32,363 nt of DNA, taken from positions 1 to 32,363 of the IMG/VR virus record IMGVR_UViG_3300011114_000952, one strand, 5' to 3'. Shown piece by piece: positions 1 through 7,843 of the stretch. A program made the translations under genes and the position numbers. Origin of the DNA: a virus (Duplodnaviria; Caudoviricetes). A model generated the notes under the pieces. It was given only the letters and a program-made list of their open reading frames with translations. It ran no database searches and was not told the origin of the DNA. Each line of letters starts with the position of its first letter. Positions within the stretch are counted from its first letter, which is position 1.

Positions 1-491
1 ACATCTGGAGTAAATGTTATCGGCTCAAAACCTGAATTGGCGTCCAGTAACTTAACTCCGGCCGATCTGTAGCGCGCAATGATGTGATCTTGATAGTCTA
101 CTGGGAGCGCAGATAGATTGTTGTCACATAAGATTTCCCGCACCGGGAAATCTGGAAGTAAGGTGAATTCTTTACCTTCCATCTTTGGGACAATGCAGAA
201 CCAGCAACCAACAGGACAACCTCGACTAGCCATAGTCGCCATAGGATTGTGATAACTAATGGCGTCGTAATAGTTATTTCCAATCTCAGCAACATCATTT
301 AATTCATGCTGCATCTTGACAAGAAACAAAGCCGGCCCACCAGCAACTACTTTCTTACCCATCGCTTTTGCAAAAATTGCGCGTGAATATGCTTCATCTA
401 ACTTCCAAGTGAATGCGATAGATAGATAAACAGTGTCGCCAATTTCCCATTCGGCCAGCCCACCAATCCACTTTGATTTAACAAGTGTCAC
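1..491 (-). CDS. Radical SAM protein (3'-truncated by the window edge; absent from the ORF track)
   Basis: Manual translation from GTG at 491 is open to position 1: ...VYLSIAFTW...KVVAGGPAL...ASRGCPVGCWFCIVPKMEG...LCDNNL. It contains the CxxxCxxC motif preceded by SRG. SD-like GGTGGAG upstream. Confidence 0.88.
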   Translation of the reverse strand, partial: MTLVKSKWIGGLAEWEIGDTVYLSIAFTWKLDEAYSRAIFAKAMGKKVVAGGPALFLVKMQHELNDVAEIGNNYYDAISYHNPMATMASRGCPVGCWFCIVPKMEGKEFTLLPDFPVREILCDNNLSALPVDYQDHIIARYRSAGVKLLDANSGFEPITFTPD

Positions 492-538
492 GCGAACAAC
501 TCCACCTGACCATCCCGCGTAATGACCATCGTACTCAT
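488..538 (-). CDS. 16-aa mini-ORF (MSTMVITRDGQVELFA), probable translational coupler
   Basis: Its ATG overlaps the upstream stop (ATGA) and its TGA overlaps the radical SAM GTG start (GTGA). Confidence 0.4.
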   Translation of the reverse strand: MSTMVITRDGQVELFA

Positions 539-765
539 GGCTGAACCTGTGGCGGCTGCAAATCACCGCACATCAACGCCTGCCACACTACCCCAGTGCG
601 CGTATGCACGCCGTACCAACGCCTAACCCTTAACATCACACACTTGATCGCCTTGAGCGTGGTTTTGTGCCGCTTGGCAATGGTTATATCGGTACACCCC
701 TCGGCCACCAACCGAAGGACCAACAGTTCGCGCGCGCATAATTTTTTCTTCATAGGGCGCGCCAC
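535..765 (-). CDS. LuxR/GerE-type HTH transcriptional regulator
   Basis: LCARELLVLRLVAEGCTDITIA...YGVHTRTGVVWQA matches the LuxR C-terminal HTH pattern (LT.RE..VL.L.A.G.....IA...G..R). Confidence 0.8.
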   Translation of the reverse strand: MARPMKKKLCARELLVLRLVAEGCTDITIAKRHKTTLKAIKCVMLRVRRWYGVHTRTGVVWQALMCGDLQPPQVQP

Positions 766-769
766 TTTT

Positions 770-1105
770 TTATAAGCCGTGCCAAAGGAGGGATTTATAA
801 ATCATGGCCAGCGCCCCGTTCTTGCGCTTGCGCGCTTCGCCAGTGGCGTCGATGATATTTAGGTGCTGGGCTCGGATATAGACACCCCCCCACGCGCGGG
901 TATTGCTGGGGGCAATCAGCCCCCATGCGTGCGCCGCCTTTGTCACGTCTTCGGCAAAAATGAACTGATTGGTTCGGCAGAATCCCCGCAGGAAGGTCAG
1001 TGCCAACTCGGACCAATCTTCGATCTCGCGGTTCGCTCGATCCTCGGCCGCGTGAATTTGATCGGCTCTTGGGTGAAACGAAAAGTCAATTTGCGCTTGT
1101 TCCAC
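770..1105 (-). CDS. Phage hypothetical protein (possible winged helix)
   Basis: 111-aa ORF in the operon; RAWGGV...I..TG..RK pattern typical of small phage wHTH proteins. Confidence 0.65.
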   Translation of the reverse strand: MEQAQIDFSFHPRADQIHAAEDRANREIEDWSELALTFLRGFCRTNQFIFAEDVTKAAHAWGLIAPSNTRAWGGVYIRAQHLNIIDATGEARKRKNGALAMIYKSLLWHGL

Positions 1106-1307
1106 GTCGCCCCCCTATCTCGGCTCGAATTTCGTTGGCTAGTTTTTCGGCTTCCGCCGCCCCGTGGATCTCTGCGTACCGCCGAAGGAACGGCGCGCGT
1201 GCGTTGGAGTTTGCGACATCACGAACAAGGCAAACTCGAAAGAACTGCCGGGTATAAGTAGGCCCCGGCAAGGCACTACACGATGCGCACAGGCAAGCAG
1301 TAGCCAT
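1086..1307 (-). CDS. Phage hypothetical protein with N-terminal CxCxxC
   Basis: ATG at 1307 lies just after the replication gene stop (1309); overlaps the next gene. Confidence 0.6.
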   Translation of the reverse strand: MATACLCASCSALPGPTYTRQFFRVCLVRDVANSNARAPFLRRYAEIHGAAEAEKLANEIRAEIGGRRGTSAN

Positions 1308-1308
1308 A

Positions 1309-2139
1309 TCATTGCCCAATCCTCGCGCTGACCAACGCCTTTAGGTCCGCCCACGATCCACCTTTAGGGGCGGCTACCCCAAGCTCCGCAGCTTTCGCCT
1401 GGATGCCCTCATTCGAGGCCCACCACGCAGGCGCCCCGTTCACGCTCGATGGCGCCTTTTCGTCCGTCACCCATTTTTTCCACTTCTCAATCCAGGTCAT
1501 CCGAACGGGGCCCTTGCCTTGCGATACCCAGTAGTTTCTAAACGATTGGAATACCGCTTCCGGGTCAATGTCGGGTCTTTTCTGTTGAGCGAATGCTCTC
1601 CAGGGGTTGGGTATTTCTGTTATTTCAAACAGAGAGGCGCGCGAAGCGTGCGGTTTTTTTGCCTCTCTGGTTTTATATTCTTCTCCTTCTCCTTCTCCTT
1701 CTCCTTCGGTCGGATTGGGTCGGATTGGGTCGGAAATTGTCGGATTTGTCGGATTTGTCGGATTGGCCCCAACAGCGGCCTTGCTGCGATTCGCCCGGTC
1801 CCATTCACGCTGGTATTCTTTTCGTTCCTCGTCGCCTCTGACTGCCCGGTATTTTTCGTAGTTCAGTAGCTTCCAGCCGCCATCAATGGCCACGATGCGG
1901 CGCCCGTCATGGTCAGAGGTTCGTGAATACTTGTCCGGAGCCAAAAAACGCGCGAGCGCATGTTCGCACTCCTCCAGCGTCACTCTTGCCCGATGCGCTA
2001 GTCCTGGCACTGAGGCGCTGACGGCGCCTCTAGCCCCGGCCATTGCGAGCATCGTGATCCAGACAATCCGGGTCGCGTGAGATTCGGACCATACTGTGGA
2101 GTCGGTGATTGACTCAAACAGCTTCACAAAATTGGGCAT
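1309..2139 (-). CDS. Phage replication initiator (lambda O-like position)
   Basis: N-terminal FVKLFESITDSTVW...wHTH-like domain, internal tandem repeats, C-terminal F.NYW domain; located downstream of cro and the cII-like gene; SD GAGAGG. Confidence 0.8.
   Translation of the reverse strand: MPNFVKLFESITDSTVWSESHATRIVWITMLAMAGARGAVSASVPGLAHRARVTLEECEHALARFLAPDKYSRTSDHDGRRIVAIDGGWKLLNYEKYRAVRGDEERKEYQREWDRANRSKAAVGANPTNPTNPTISDPIRPNPTEGEGEGEGEEYKTREAKKPHASRASLFEITEIPNPWRAFAQQKRPDIDPEAVFQSFRNYWVSQGKGPVRMTWIEKWKKWVTDEKAPSSVNGAPAWWASNEGIQAKAAELGVAAPKGGSWADLKALVSARIGQ
1681..1765. repeat. Iteron-like repeats, putative replication origin inside the initiator gene
   Basis: Six GTCGGA-core copies at 1709, 1719, 1729, 1739, 1748 and 1757 (10- then 9-bp period), about 4.5 copies of TTCTCC at 1681-1707, and an adjacent T-rich stretch. 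Confidence 0.7.
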
Positions 2140-2157
2140 TGTCGCCTCTCGGCTGTT

Positions 2158-2397
2158 TTATTCATTTTTGTTCTCCGTGCGCTTCCGATTACTTTCCATA
2201 AGTGCCGGATGGTCGGCGGCTAGGCGCATGACTAAACTGGATTCATGGACCTTTCTTTCAGCCCATTCACCCAGCACCCGATTGACCAGCTTTGTCCTGC
2301 TGATCTTCAAATGGGCGCTCACCGCATCGAGGACCGCGACTGTGCTGCTCGGGCAGTCGCCGCGCAGTTCAACGAGATCTTCATTGAGTGGCATCAC
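2158..2397 (-). CDS. Small DNA-binding regulator in the cII position (ribbon-helix-helix-like)
   Basis: VELRGDCP..TVAVLDAVS....ISRTKLVNRVL fits an RHH pattern; start overlaps the cro stop. Confidence 0.65.
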   Translation of the reverse strand: MMPLNEDLVELRGDCPSSTVAVLDAVSAHLKISRTKLVNRVLGEWAERKVHESSLVMRLAADHPALMESNRKRTENKNE

Positions 2398-2594
2398 ACC
2401 CCCGGTGGGTATATGTCGGGCCGAAGCTGGCCGCGCGTGACGACGCCCTTAGTGGCCCGCTCGATTGCAAGCACTTGGTTCGCTGGGATTCCGCGCCTGC
2501 GCCAATTCAGCAAACGGCTAGTAGAAACCCCGATTGATCGGGCGAGGGCTGATGGCCCGCCCGCACTTTCTATCGCACGCTCATAATGATTCAT
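2394..2594 (-). CDS. cro: Cro-like repressor (YdaS-type HTH)
   Basis: AIESAGGPSALARSIGVS..RLLNW...IERATKGVVTR.QLRPDIY; divergent from the cI-like gene. Confidence 0.88.
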   Translation of the reverse strand: MNHYERAIESAGGPSALARSIGVSTSRLLNWRRRGIPANQVLAIERATKGVVTRGQLRPDIYPPGV

Positions 2595-2600
2595 GCCAGC

Positions 2601-2629
2601 AATCTACACGGACCGTGATTTTCTGTCAA
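2601..2629 (-). promoter_or_regulatory. PR-like sigma70 promoter for cro, with an operator in the spacer
   Basis: Minus strand TTGACA (2629-2624), 17 bp, TAGATT (2606-2601), then 6 nt to the cro ATG. The spacer contains the palindrome CACGGACCGTG. Confidence 0.75.
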
Positions 2630-2637
2630 TAAATATT

Positions 2638-2687
2638 ATCACCCTTAGTTAATAGACTATATAATGCAACCGCATACAGTAGTACCT
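2638..2687 (+). promoter_or_regulatory. Operator plus putative PRM-like promoter for the repressor
   Basis: Operator-like ATCACCCTTAGTTAA (2638-2652); TAGACT (2653-2658), 16 bp, TACAGT (2675-2680), 7 nt before ATG 2688; no SD. Confidence 0.45.
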
Positions 2688-3125
2688 ATGAAAATTTTAT
2701 CGGAAACGGCAAAGAGGCTGCGGCAAGCGCGAGCTTCACGACGTTGGACGCTCCAAGATTTAAGCCGGCGAACGGGTGGCGTTTATAGCCAGCCACGCCT
2801 AAGCAACTATGAAAACGACATACGGAAAATGTCTCCTCAAGATGCTCAGATATTGGGCGCCGTACTTGGTGTTCCGGCCGTCTTTTTGCTTGCCTTAGAA
2901 GAAGAAGAAAGACTGTCCGGGGAGAATGAATTGACGCTACAAGAGCTAACCCTGTTAAGAAATTACCGAGAACTCGATCAGGTAGACAAGGATCGCGCAT
3001 CCATCACTCTCGAAGTCATGGCGATTCAACACCGGACTCCGCACACTCATCGCAGCCCCCCCGCCCCCTCCACCCCAACCGCTGGGTTGTCGCGGCCGGA
3101 GACAAAAAAGACAACGCCTAGTTAG
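2688..3125 (+). CDS. cI: CI-like XRE-family repressor without an S24 peptidase domain
   Basis: RLRQARASRRWTLQDLS...SQPRLSNYENDIR HTH; divergent from cro. Alternative start at 2664. Confidence 0.82.
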   Translation: MKILSETAKRLRQARASRRWTLQDLSRRTGGVYSQPRLSNYENDIRKMSPQDAQILGAVLGVPAVFLLALEEEERLSGENELTLQELTLLRNYRELDQVDKDRASITLEVMAIQHRTPHTHRSPPAPSTPTAGLSRPETKKTTPS

Positions 3126-3175
3126 GCGGATAAATTCTCCAGGTAGGTGTTCTTGGCTTTTATTTGTCTAAAATA

Positions 3176-3219
3176 TTGCCATTTCGTGTATTGACAATAA
3201 TCACACTCCGTTATATTCT
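3176..3219 (+). promoter_or_regulatory. PL-like sigma70 promoter with operators
   Basis: TTGACA (3191-3196), 17 bp, TATTCT (3214-3219). The spacer holds ATCACACTCCGTTAT, resembling the cro promoter operator; a second weaker site lies at 3176-3190. SD GGAGG precedes 3243. Confidence 0.75.
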
Positions 3220-3242
3220 CCCTCAAACAACTGGAGGGATGA

Positions 3243-3494
3243 ATGAATACAACCTGCACCGCCGTCATCGCAGCAATCAGCCTAAGCGCGGGCGTGCTAG
3301 TCGCGCAAGACCGCAACGACGCGCAACAGCGCGAGCATCTTCAGTCTCTCGCCAAGATGTGCAAGGCCCTCCCTGGGTACTCAACTCGCATTGGTTATGA
3401 CGCCGCGCGCGATGCGTTCGATTGCATCCGGATTCCCGATCGGCTTGCTCAATTCGCGCCACCATTGGCGCATCCGTTGAAGGAGCCGAAATGA
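3243..3494 (+). CDS. Small hypothetical protein with signal-peptide-like N-terminus
   Basis: SD GGAGG; hydrophobic N-terminus; two Cys in the mature part; ATGA overlap with the next gene. Confidence 0.65.
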   Translation: MNTTCTAVIAAISLSAGVLVAQDRNDAQQREHLQSLAKMCKALPGYSTRIGYDAARDAFDCIRIPDRLAQFAPPLAHPLKEPK

Positions 3495-3700
3495 ACATGG
3501 CAACCAATGCAGATTATTGGATATTGGAAGCAAGAACAGGAACATGGAGAAACGCCAGAAAAGAAAGTGTTTGCTGCCAAAAACCATTCCACAAAATAAA
3601 CAAGGGGGAGCGATACCTTGACACAGGTGAGCATGACCCAGGAAGGCAATGGGCAACACTGAAGTTGTGCGAAAAGCACGCGAACGAGGAAACGGCATGA
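3491..3700 (+). CDS. Small Cys/His (zinc-finger-like) phage protein
   Basis: SD AAGGAG before ATG 3491; ARK...CC....H.I.KGERY...LCEKH pattern. Confidence 0.65.
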   Translation: MNMATNADYWILEARTGTWRNARKESVCCQKPFHKINKGERYLDTGEHDPGRQWATLKLCEKHANEETA

Positions 3701-3882
3701 GCAACCTTCACCCTTTGTTCCAGCAAATCCTTGAGCGCGTCTGCGAGACAGACCGGCTCGATACGCTGCCGGTCGCGCCGACGATCGCACCGACAAGAAT
3801 CCCTGATTTCAGGGACAACGCGCCGGAACCGCAAAGCCGTGATCTGGATGTATTTGGGCGGGACTTGAGGCCGGGCACATGA
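3697..3882 (+). CDS. Phage hypothetical protein
   Basis: ATGA overlaps at both ends; SD GAGG; begins MSNLHPLFQQIL. Confidence 0.55.
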   Translation: MSNLHPLFQQILERVCETDRLDTLPVAPTIAPTRIPDFRDNAPEPQSRDLDVFGRDLRPGT

Positions 3883-4040
3883 CACTCGAAACACTCATTG
3901 AGATAAGAGCCAGTCAAGCACTGGCCGAGATACGCCACATGGCACGCATGGCGTTGGAGGAAATTGACAGGCGATTCGCCTTTATCAACCGCAGCAACGG
4001 CCAGAAAAAGCGATGGGCCGCTCACAGGAGAACGACATGA
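3879..4040 (+). CDS. 53-aa hypothetical protein (not in the ORF track)
   Basis: MTLETLIEIRASQALAEIRHMARMALEEIDRRF...; ATGA overlaps with the previous gene and with bet. Confidence 0.55.
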   Translation: MTLETLIEIRASQALAEIRHMARMALEEIDRRFAFINRSNGQKKRWAAHRRTT

Positions 4041-4909
4041 ATGCCGTGGTACGCACCGAGGCCATGAATGTGACTTCCCTTCAGGTCAACGAAGGCGAGT
4101 TAATCAAGGTTTTACAGAACAGCCTCTATCCAGGGGCCGCTACAGAATCAATCAAACTCGTACTGGGCTATTGCAAAGCCCAGCAACTTGACCCGCTTCA
4201 AAAGCCGGTTCACATCGTCCCGATGTATGACCGTGCCTCTGGAAAAATGCGCGATGTCATCATGCCGGGAATCGGACTGTACCGAACCCAAGCGGCGAGG
4301 TCCGGATGCTACGCCGGCATGAGTGAGCCTGAATTCGGCCCGGATATCACTGAGCGCGTCGGCGGAGAGGAAATAACCTATCCGCAGTGGTGCAAGGTCA
4401 CAGTGAAACGGCAATTGAGCAACGGCACAATTGCGGAGTTCTCCAGCATCGAACGCTGGAAAGAGAACTACGCCGTAAAGGGCGGCAAAGAGCGGAGCGT
4501 GGCCCCTAATGCCATGTGGACGAAACGCCCCTACGGCCAGTTGGCCAAGTGTGCGTCTGCCCAAGCCCTTCGCTGCGCATTCCCTGAAGTCGGATCCCAG
4601 GCCACGGCCGAGGAAATGGAGGGGAAGCAGATCGAAGAAGAAGCGATCGACAACACGACCGGCGAAATCACAAAGGCTGCCGCGCCGGTCGCTCCTGTTA
4701 CTCCCCCCGCCTACTCTGCCGAGCAGTTCGCCAAGAACCTGCCGGCGTGGTCAAAGTTGATCGAGGACGGTAAGAAAACAGCCGAGCAAATAATCGCGCT
4801 GGTGAGCAGCAAGGCGGTGTTGTCTGCCGAACAAAAGGATCAGATCAACGCAATCGAGCCGGCTGTTGCCGATGCCGAGTTCGTCACCGAAATGGAGCAA
4901 ACGTCATGA
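4037..4909 (+). CDS. bet: Phage single-strand annealing recombinase Bet (Red-beta/RecT family)
   Basis: YCKAQQLDPLQKPVHIVP...GIGLYRTQAARSG.YAG...MWTKRPYGQLAKCA.AQALR.AFP; SD CAGGAG before ATG 4037. Confidence 0.92.
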   Translation: MNAVVRTEAMNVTSLQVNEGELIKVLQNSLYPGAATESIKLVLGYCKAQQLDPLQKPVHIVPMYDRASGKMRDVIMPGIGLYRTQAARSGCYAGMSEPEFGPDITERVGGEEITYPQWCKVTVKRQLSNGTIAEFSSIERWKENYAVKGGKERSVAPNAMWTKRPYGQLAKCASAQALRCAFPEVGSQATAEEMEGKQIEEEAIDNTTGEITKAAAPVAPVTPPAYSAEQFAKNLPAWSKLIEDGKKTAEQIIALVSSKAVLSAEQKDQINAIEPAVADAEFVTEMEQTS

Positions 4910-6576
4910 GAATTATCGAGGTACGCCCAGGCACTCCGGAATGGGCCGCGCATCGTCGTAGCGGTGTTTTTAACGCAAGCGACGCCCCGGCCATGTCTGG
5001 AGCGAGCAAATACAAGACGCGCAATCAACTGCTGGCCGAGTACGCCACAGGTGTTGCGCCAGAAGTAGACGCGGCAACACAGGCCCGCTTTGACGCCGGC
5101 CACGCCGCCGAGGCCCTCGCGCGCCCGCTCGCAGAACAAATCATTGGCGAGGATCTGTACTCGATAACGGGTGTCGATGGTGAACTGTCAGCGAGTTTCG
5201 ACGGGCTGACGATTGCCGAGGACATTACATGGGAACACAAGGCACTGAACGATGAACTGCGCGCCTGTCAGACGGCAGCGGACCTGCACCCGATGTACCG
5301 CATTCAGATGGAGCAGCAACTCATGGTGTCGGGCGCCGGAAAGTGTCTTTTCATGGCATCAAAATGGGACGGCGATACGCTCGTAGAAGAAAAGCACTTC
5401 TGGTACAAGCCCGATGCCGAGCTTCGCGCCAAGATCGTCGCCGGCTGGGCGCAGTTCAAGGCTGACCTTGCCCACTATCAGCACGTCGAAGTCATCCCCG
5501 CCGCCATCGCCGCTCCGGTGATGGCACTCCCCGCCCTGTCAATTCAAGTGACAGGCCAAATCGCTCTTGTCGATAACTTGAAGGTATTTGGTGAACGACT
5601 CCAATCGTTCATTGAATCCCTCGACAAAAGCCCTTCGGACGATCAGGGGTTTGCTGATGCCGAGCAGGCAGTAAAGGTTTTAGGCGAAGCGGAAAAGGCG
5701 CTGACCGCGGCCAAAGCAAGCGCGTTGACACAAACGGCTTCCATTGACGAAATGAGCCGAACCGTAGCCCTCTACGCCGAGCAGGCGCGTACCGCTCGGC
5801 TGGCTCTGGAAAAGCTGGTCAAGGCGCGCAAAGAGCAGATCAGGCTAGAGATTGTTGCCAGCGGCAAGGAAGCCTTTGTCAATCACTTGGCGACATTGAA
5901 TAAGCGCATCGGCAAGCCCTACATGCCGTTAATCCCTTCCGACTTCGCCGGCGTCATCAAAGGTAAAAAGAGCATCGCCAGCCTGAAAGACGCGGTTGAT
6001 ACCGAACTGGCCCGCGTCAAAATCGAATCCAACGCCGTTGCTGATCGTATCCAACTCAACATGACCACGCTTACCGAAAAAGCGGCCGGCCTGGAATTCC
6101 TGTTCAACGACATCGCATCCATCTGCATAAAGCCGAACGGCGACTTTATGGATACAGTGAATGCGCGTGTTGCGGCCCACAAGGAAGCTGAAGCCAAGCG
6201 CCTGGAAGCCGAGCGCGAGAAGATCCGCGCCGAGGAAGCGGCCAAACGGGTCGCCGAACAACAGCGGCAAGAACGGCTGGCGCAGCAGGCAGCGCGAGAA
6301 ATCGAGGAAGCCAACCGTAAGGCTGAAGCGCAAAGAGTAATTGACCTTACCAACAAAGAACAGAACAAGACGGACGCCCGCGCGGCCGGGATTTCCATTT
6401 CTATGCCGTTGCCGACAGGGCCGGGATTGCTCGCTATCACGCCGACACGCAATAAATCCAGACCGAGCGACGATCAAATCGTGCTGACCTTGGCAAATCA
6501 TTACGGCGTTGATGAACGCACGGTAATGGCCTGGATCATGGACATGGCCGTGTTTCAGGAACGGAGCGCGGCATGA
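4906..6576 (+). CDS. YqaJ/lambda-exonuclease-family nuclease with a long coiled-coil C-terminus
   Basis: GTPEW...R...ASD...GH..E...SASFDGL...WEHK...Y.IQMEQQL motifs; follows bet. Confidence 0.9.
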   Translation: MRIIEVRPGTPEWAAHRRSGVFNASDAPAMSGASKYKTRNQLLAEYATGVAPEVDAATQARFDAGHAAEALARPLAEQIIGEDLYSITGVDGELSASFDGLTIAEDITWEHKALNDELRACQTAADLHPMYRIQMEQQLMVSGAGKCLFMASKWDGDTLVEEKHFWYKPDAELRAKIVAGWAQFKADLAHYQHVEVIPAAIAAPVMALPALSIQVTGQIALVDNLKVFGERLQSFIESLDKSPSDDQGFADAEQAVKVLGEAEKALTAAKASALTQTASIDEMSRTVALYAEQARTARLALEKLVKARKEQIRLEIVASGKEAFVNHLATLNKRIGKPYMPLIPSDFAGVIKGKKSIASLKDAVDTELARVKIESNAVADRIQLNMTTLTEKAAGLEFLFNDIASICIKPNGDFMDTVNARVAAHKEAEAKRLEAEREKIRAEEAAKRVAEQQRQERLAQQAAREIEEANRKAEAQRVIDLTNKEQNKTDARAAGISISMPLPTGPGLLAITPTRNKSRPSDDQIVLTLANHYGVDERTVMAWIMDMAVFQERSAA

Positions 6577-6869
6577 GCGATAAATCCATCCCCAATATCA
6601 CCCTGGCGCCGTGCGAGTCATCGCGGATACAAGCGCACGGCCACTGCGCCGAAACGAACACGCTCGCCCTTGTTTTTAAGAGCAAGGACAACGCCGGAAC
6701 CACCTATCACTACTCCGGATTTACCGCCGACGACTACGCCGCGCTCCAGGTGGCCGAGAGCATAGGCAAGCACTTTGGATCTCACATCAACATCAAAGAC
6801 GAGGACGGGAATCTGAAATACCCGTTCACCCGGATCGAAGAAAGGAAAGACGATGGCATCAGTAAATAG
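6573..6869 (+). CDS. KTSC domain protein
   Basis: ESSRI...G.....TLAL.F.....TYHY......[13 protein letters not shown] pattern. Confidence 0.85.
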   Translation: MSDKSIPNITLAPCESSRIQAHGHCAETNTLALVFKSKDNAGTTYHYSGFTADDYAALQVAESIGKHFGSHINIKDEDGNLKYPFTRIEERKDDGISK

Positions 6870-7332
6870 GGTCATATTACTTGGGAACTTGGGGCGAGAT
6901 CCTGAAATGCGCTATATCCCCGATGGCGCGTCCGGCGCGTCCGGCGCGTCCGTTGCCAATTTCTCCGTTGCCACCAGCGAAACCTGGAAGGACAAAGCCA
7001 GCGGGGAGAAGCAAGAACGTACTGAATGGCACCGGATCTCCGCGTTCGGCCGGCTGGCCGAGATCGTGGGCGAGTACGTCAAAAAGGGATCATCCGTCTA
7101 TATCGAGGGGAAGATCCAGACCCGTAAATGGCAGGACAAGGACGGTCAGGACCGGTACACGACCGAGATCATTGCCGACAAGCTGACGATGCTCGGATCG
7201 CCGCGGGGTGATACGGGAGAGCAGCGCCAGCCCAGCGACAGCCAGCCGGCGCAGCGCACAGAAAGGCCCAAGCCGGCAAAGACGCAAGGCCAGGGCCAAT
7301 TTGACGACCTGGACGACGATATTCCGTTTTAG
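6853..7332 (+). CDS. ssb: Single-stranded DNA-binding protein
   Basis: [18 protein letters not shown]...TEWHR...KKGS.VYIEG...; acidic DDDIPF tail. Confidence 0.97.
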   Translation: MASVNRVILLGNLGRDPEMRYIPDGASGASGASVANFSVATSETWKDKASGEKQERTEWHRISAFGRLAEIVGEYVKKGSSVYIEGKIQTRKWQDKDGQDRYTTEIIADKLTMLGSPRGDTGEQRQPSDSQPAQRTERPKPAKTQGQGQFDDLDDDIPF

Positions 7333-7340
7333 GGGGAAAC

Positions 7341-7649
7341 GTGCTAACCACTTGGGTGAAGTGTTCGGAGAGGTTGCCTGAAAGTGGGAAGCCAGTACTT
7401 GCGTTTTTCAAGGAATCAAAAACAAGAAGCACAGCAACAAGGGCTATCTACGCAGCAAAGCACACGCTGTCATGTAGTGACTTCGGGGATTTCGAAGAAG
7501 GCGCGGATTACTGCGAGGCCCGCGATGAATACTACTGGCCCGAAGGTTGGTATGAATACGTCACGCAAGAAGGAAGCATGAGCATGGCTATTTGTGGCGA
7601 TGTAACCCACTGGATGCCCCTGCCACAGCCACCGAGGAGTGAGAAATGA
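7341..7649 (+). CDS. DUF551-like phage protein
   Basis: W.KCSERLPE at the N-terminus and VTHWMPLP.PP at the C-terminus. Confidence 0.85.
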   Translation: MLTTWVKCSERLPESGKPVLAFFKESKTRSTATRAIYAAKHTLSCSDFGDFEEGADYCEARDEYYWPEGWYEYVTQEGSMSMAICGDVTHWMPLPQPPRSEK

Positions 7650-7843
7650 AAACAGATGATGTGATTGTTATCTGCGGAAATAGCATGGTTCGTGTTTCAC
7701 ATCACGCTTTTGAGCTGATCATACTTGCCGCCGGACAGATGGAAGACGATTGGTTTGATTGGACTAGAGACAGCGGCGTTCCATCATCAAAGGCAAGGGC
7801 CGCGTTTCTCGCCTTGCAAAAACTACAAGGAATAACGCGATGA
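7646..7843 (+). CDS. Phage hypothetical protein
   Basis: ATGA-coupled ORF with SD GAGGAG. Confidence 0.6.
   Translation: MKTDDVIVICGNSMVRVSHHAFELIILAAGQMEDDWFDWTRDSGVPSSKARAAFLALQKLQGITR

Noticed and set aside
98-298. 66-aa hydrophobic ORF in the track
   Set aside because: Alternative frame inside the radical SAM gene, which has the convincing motif.
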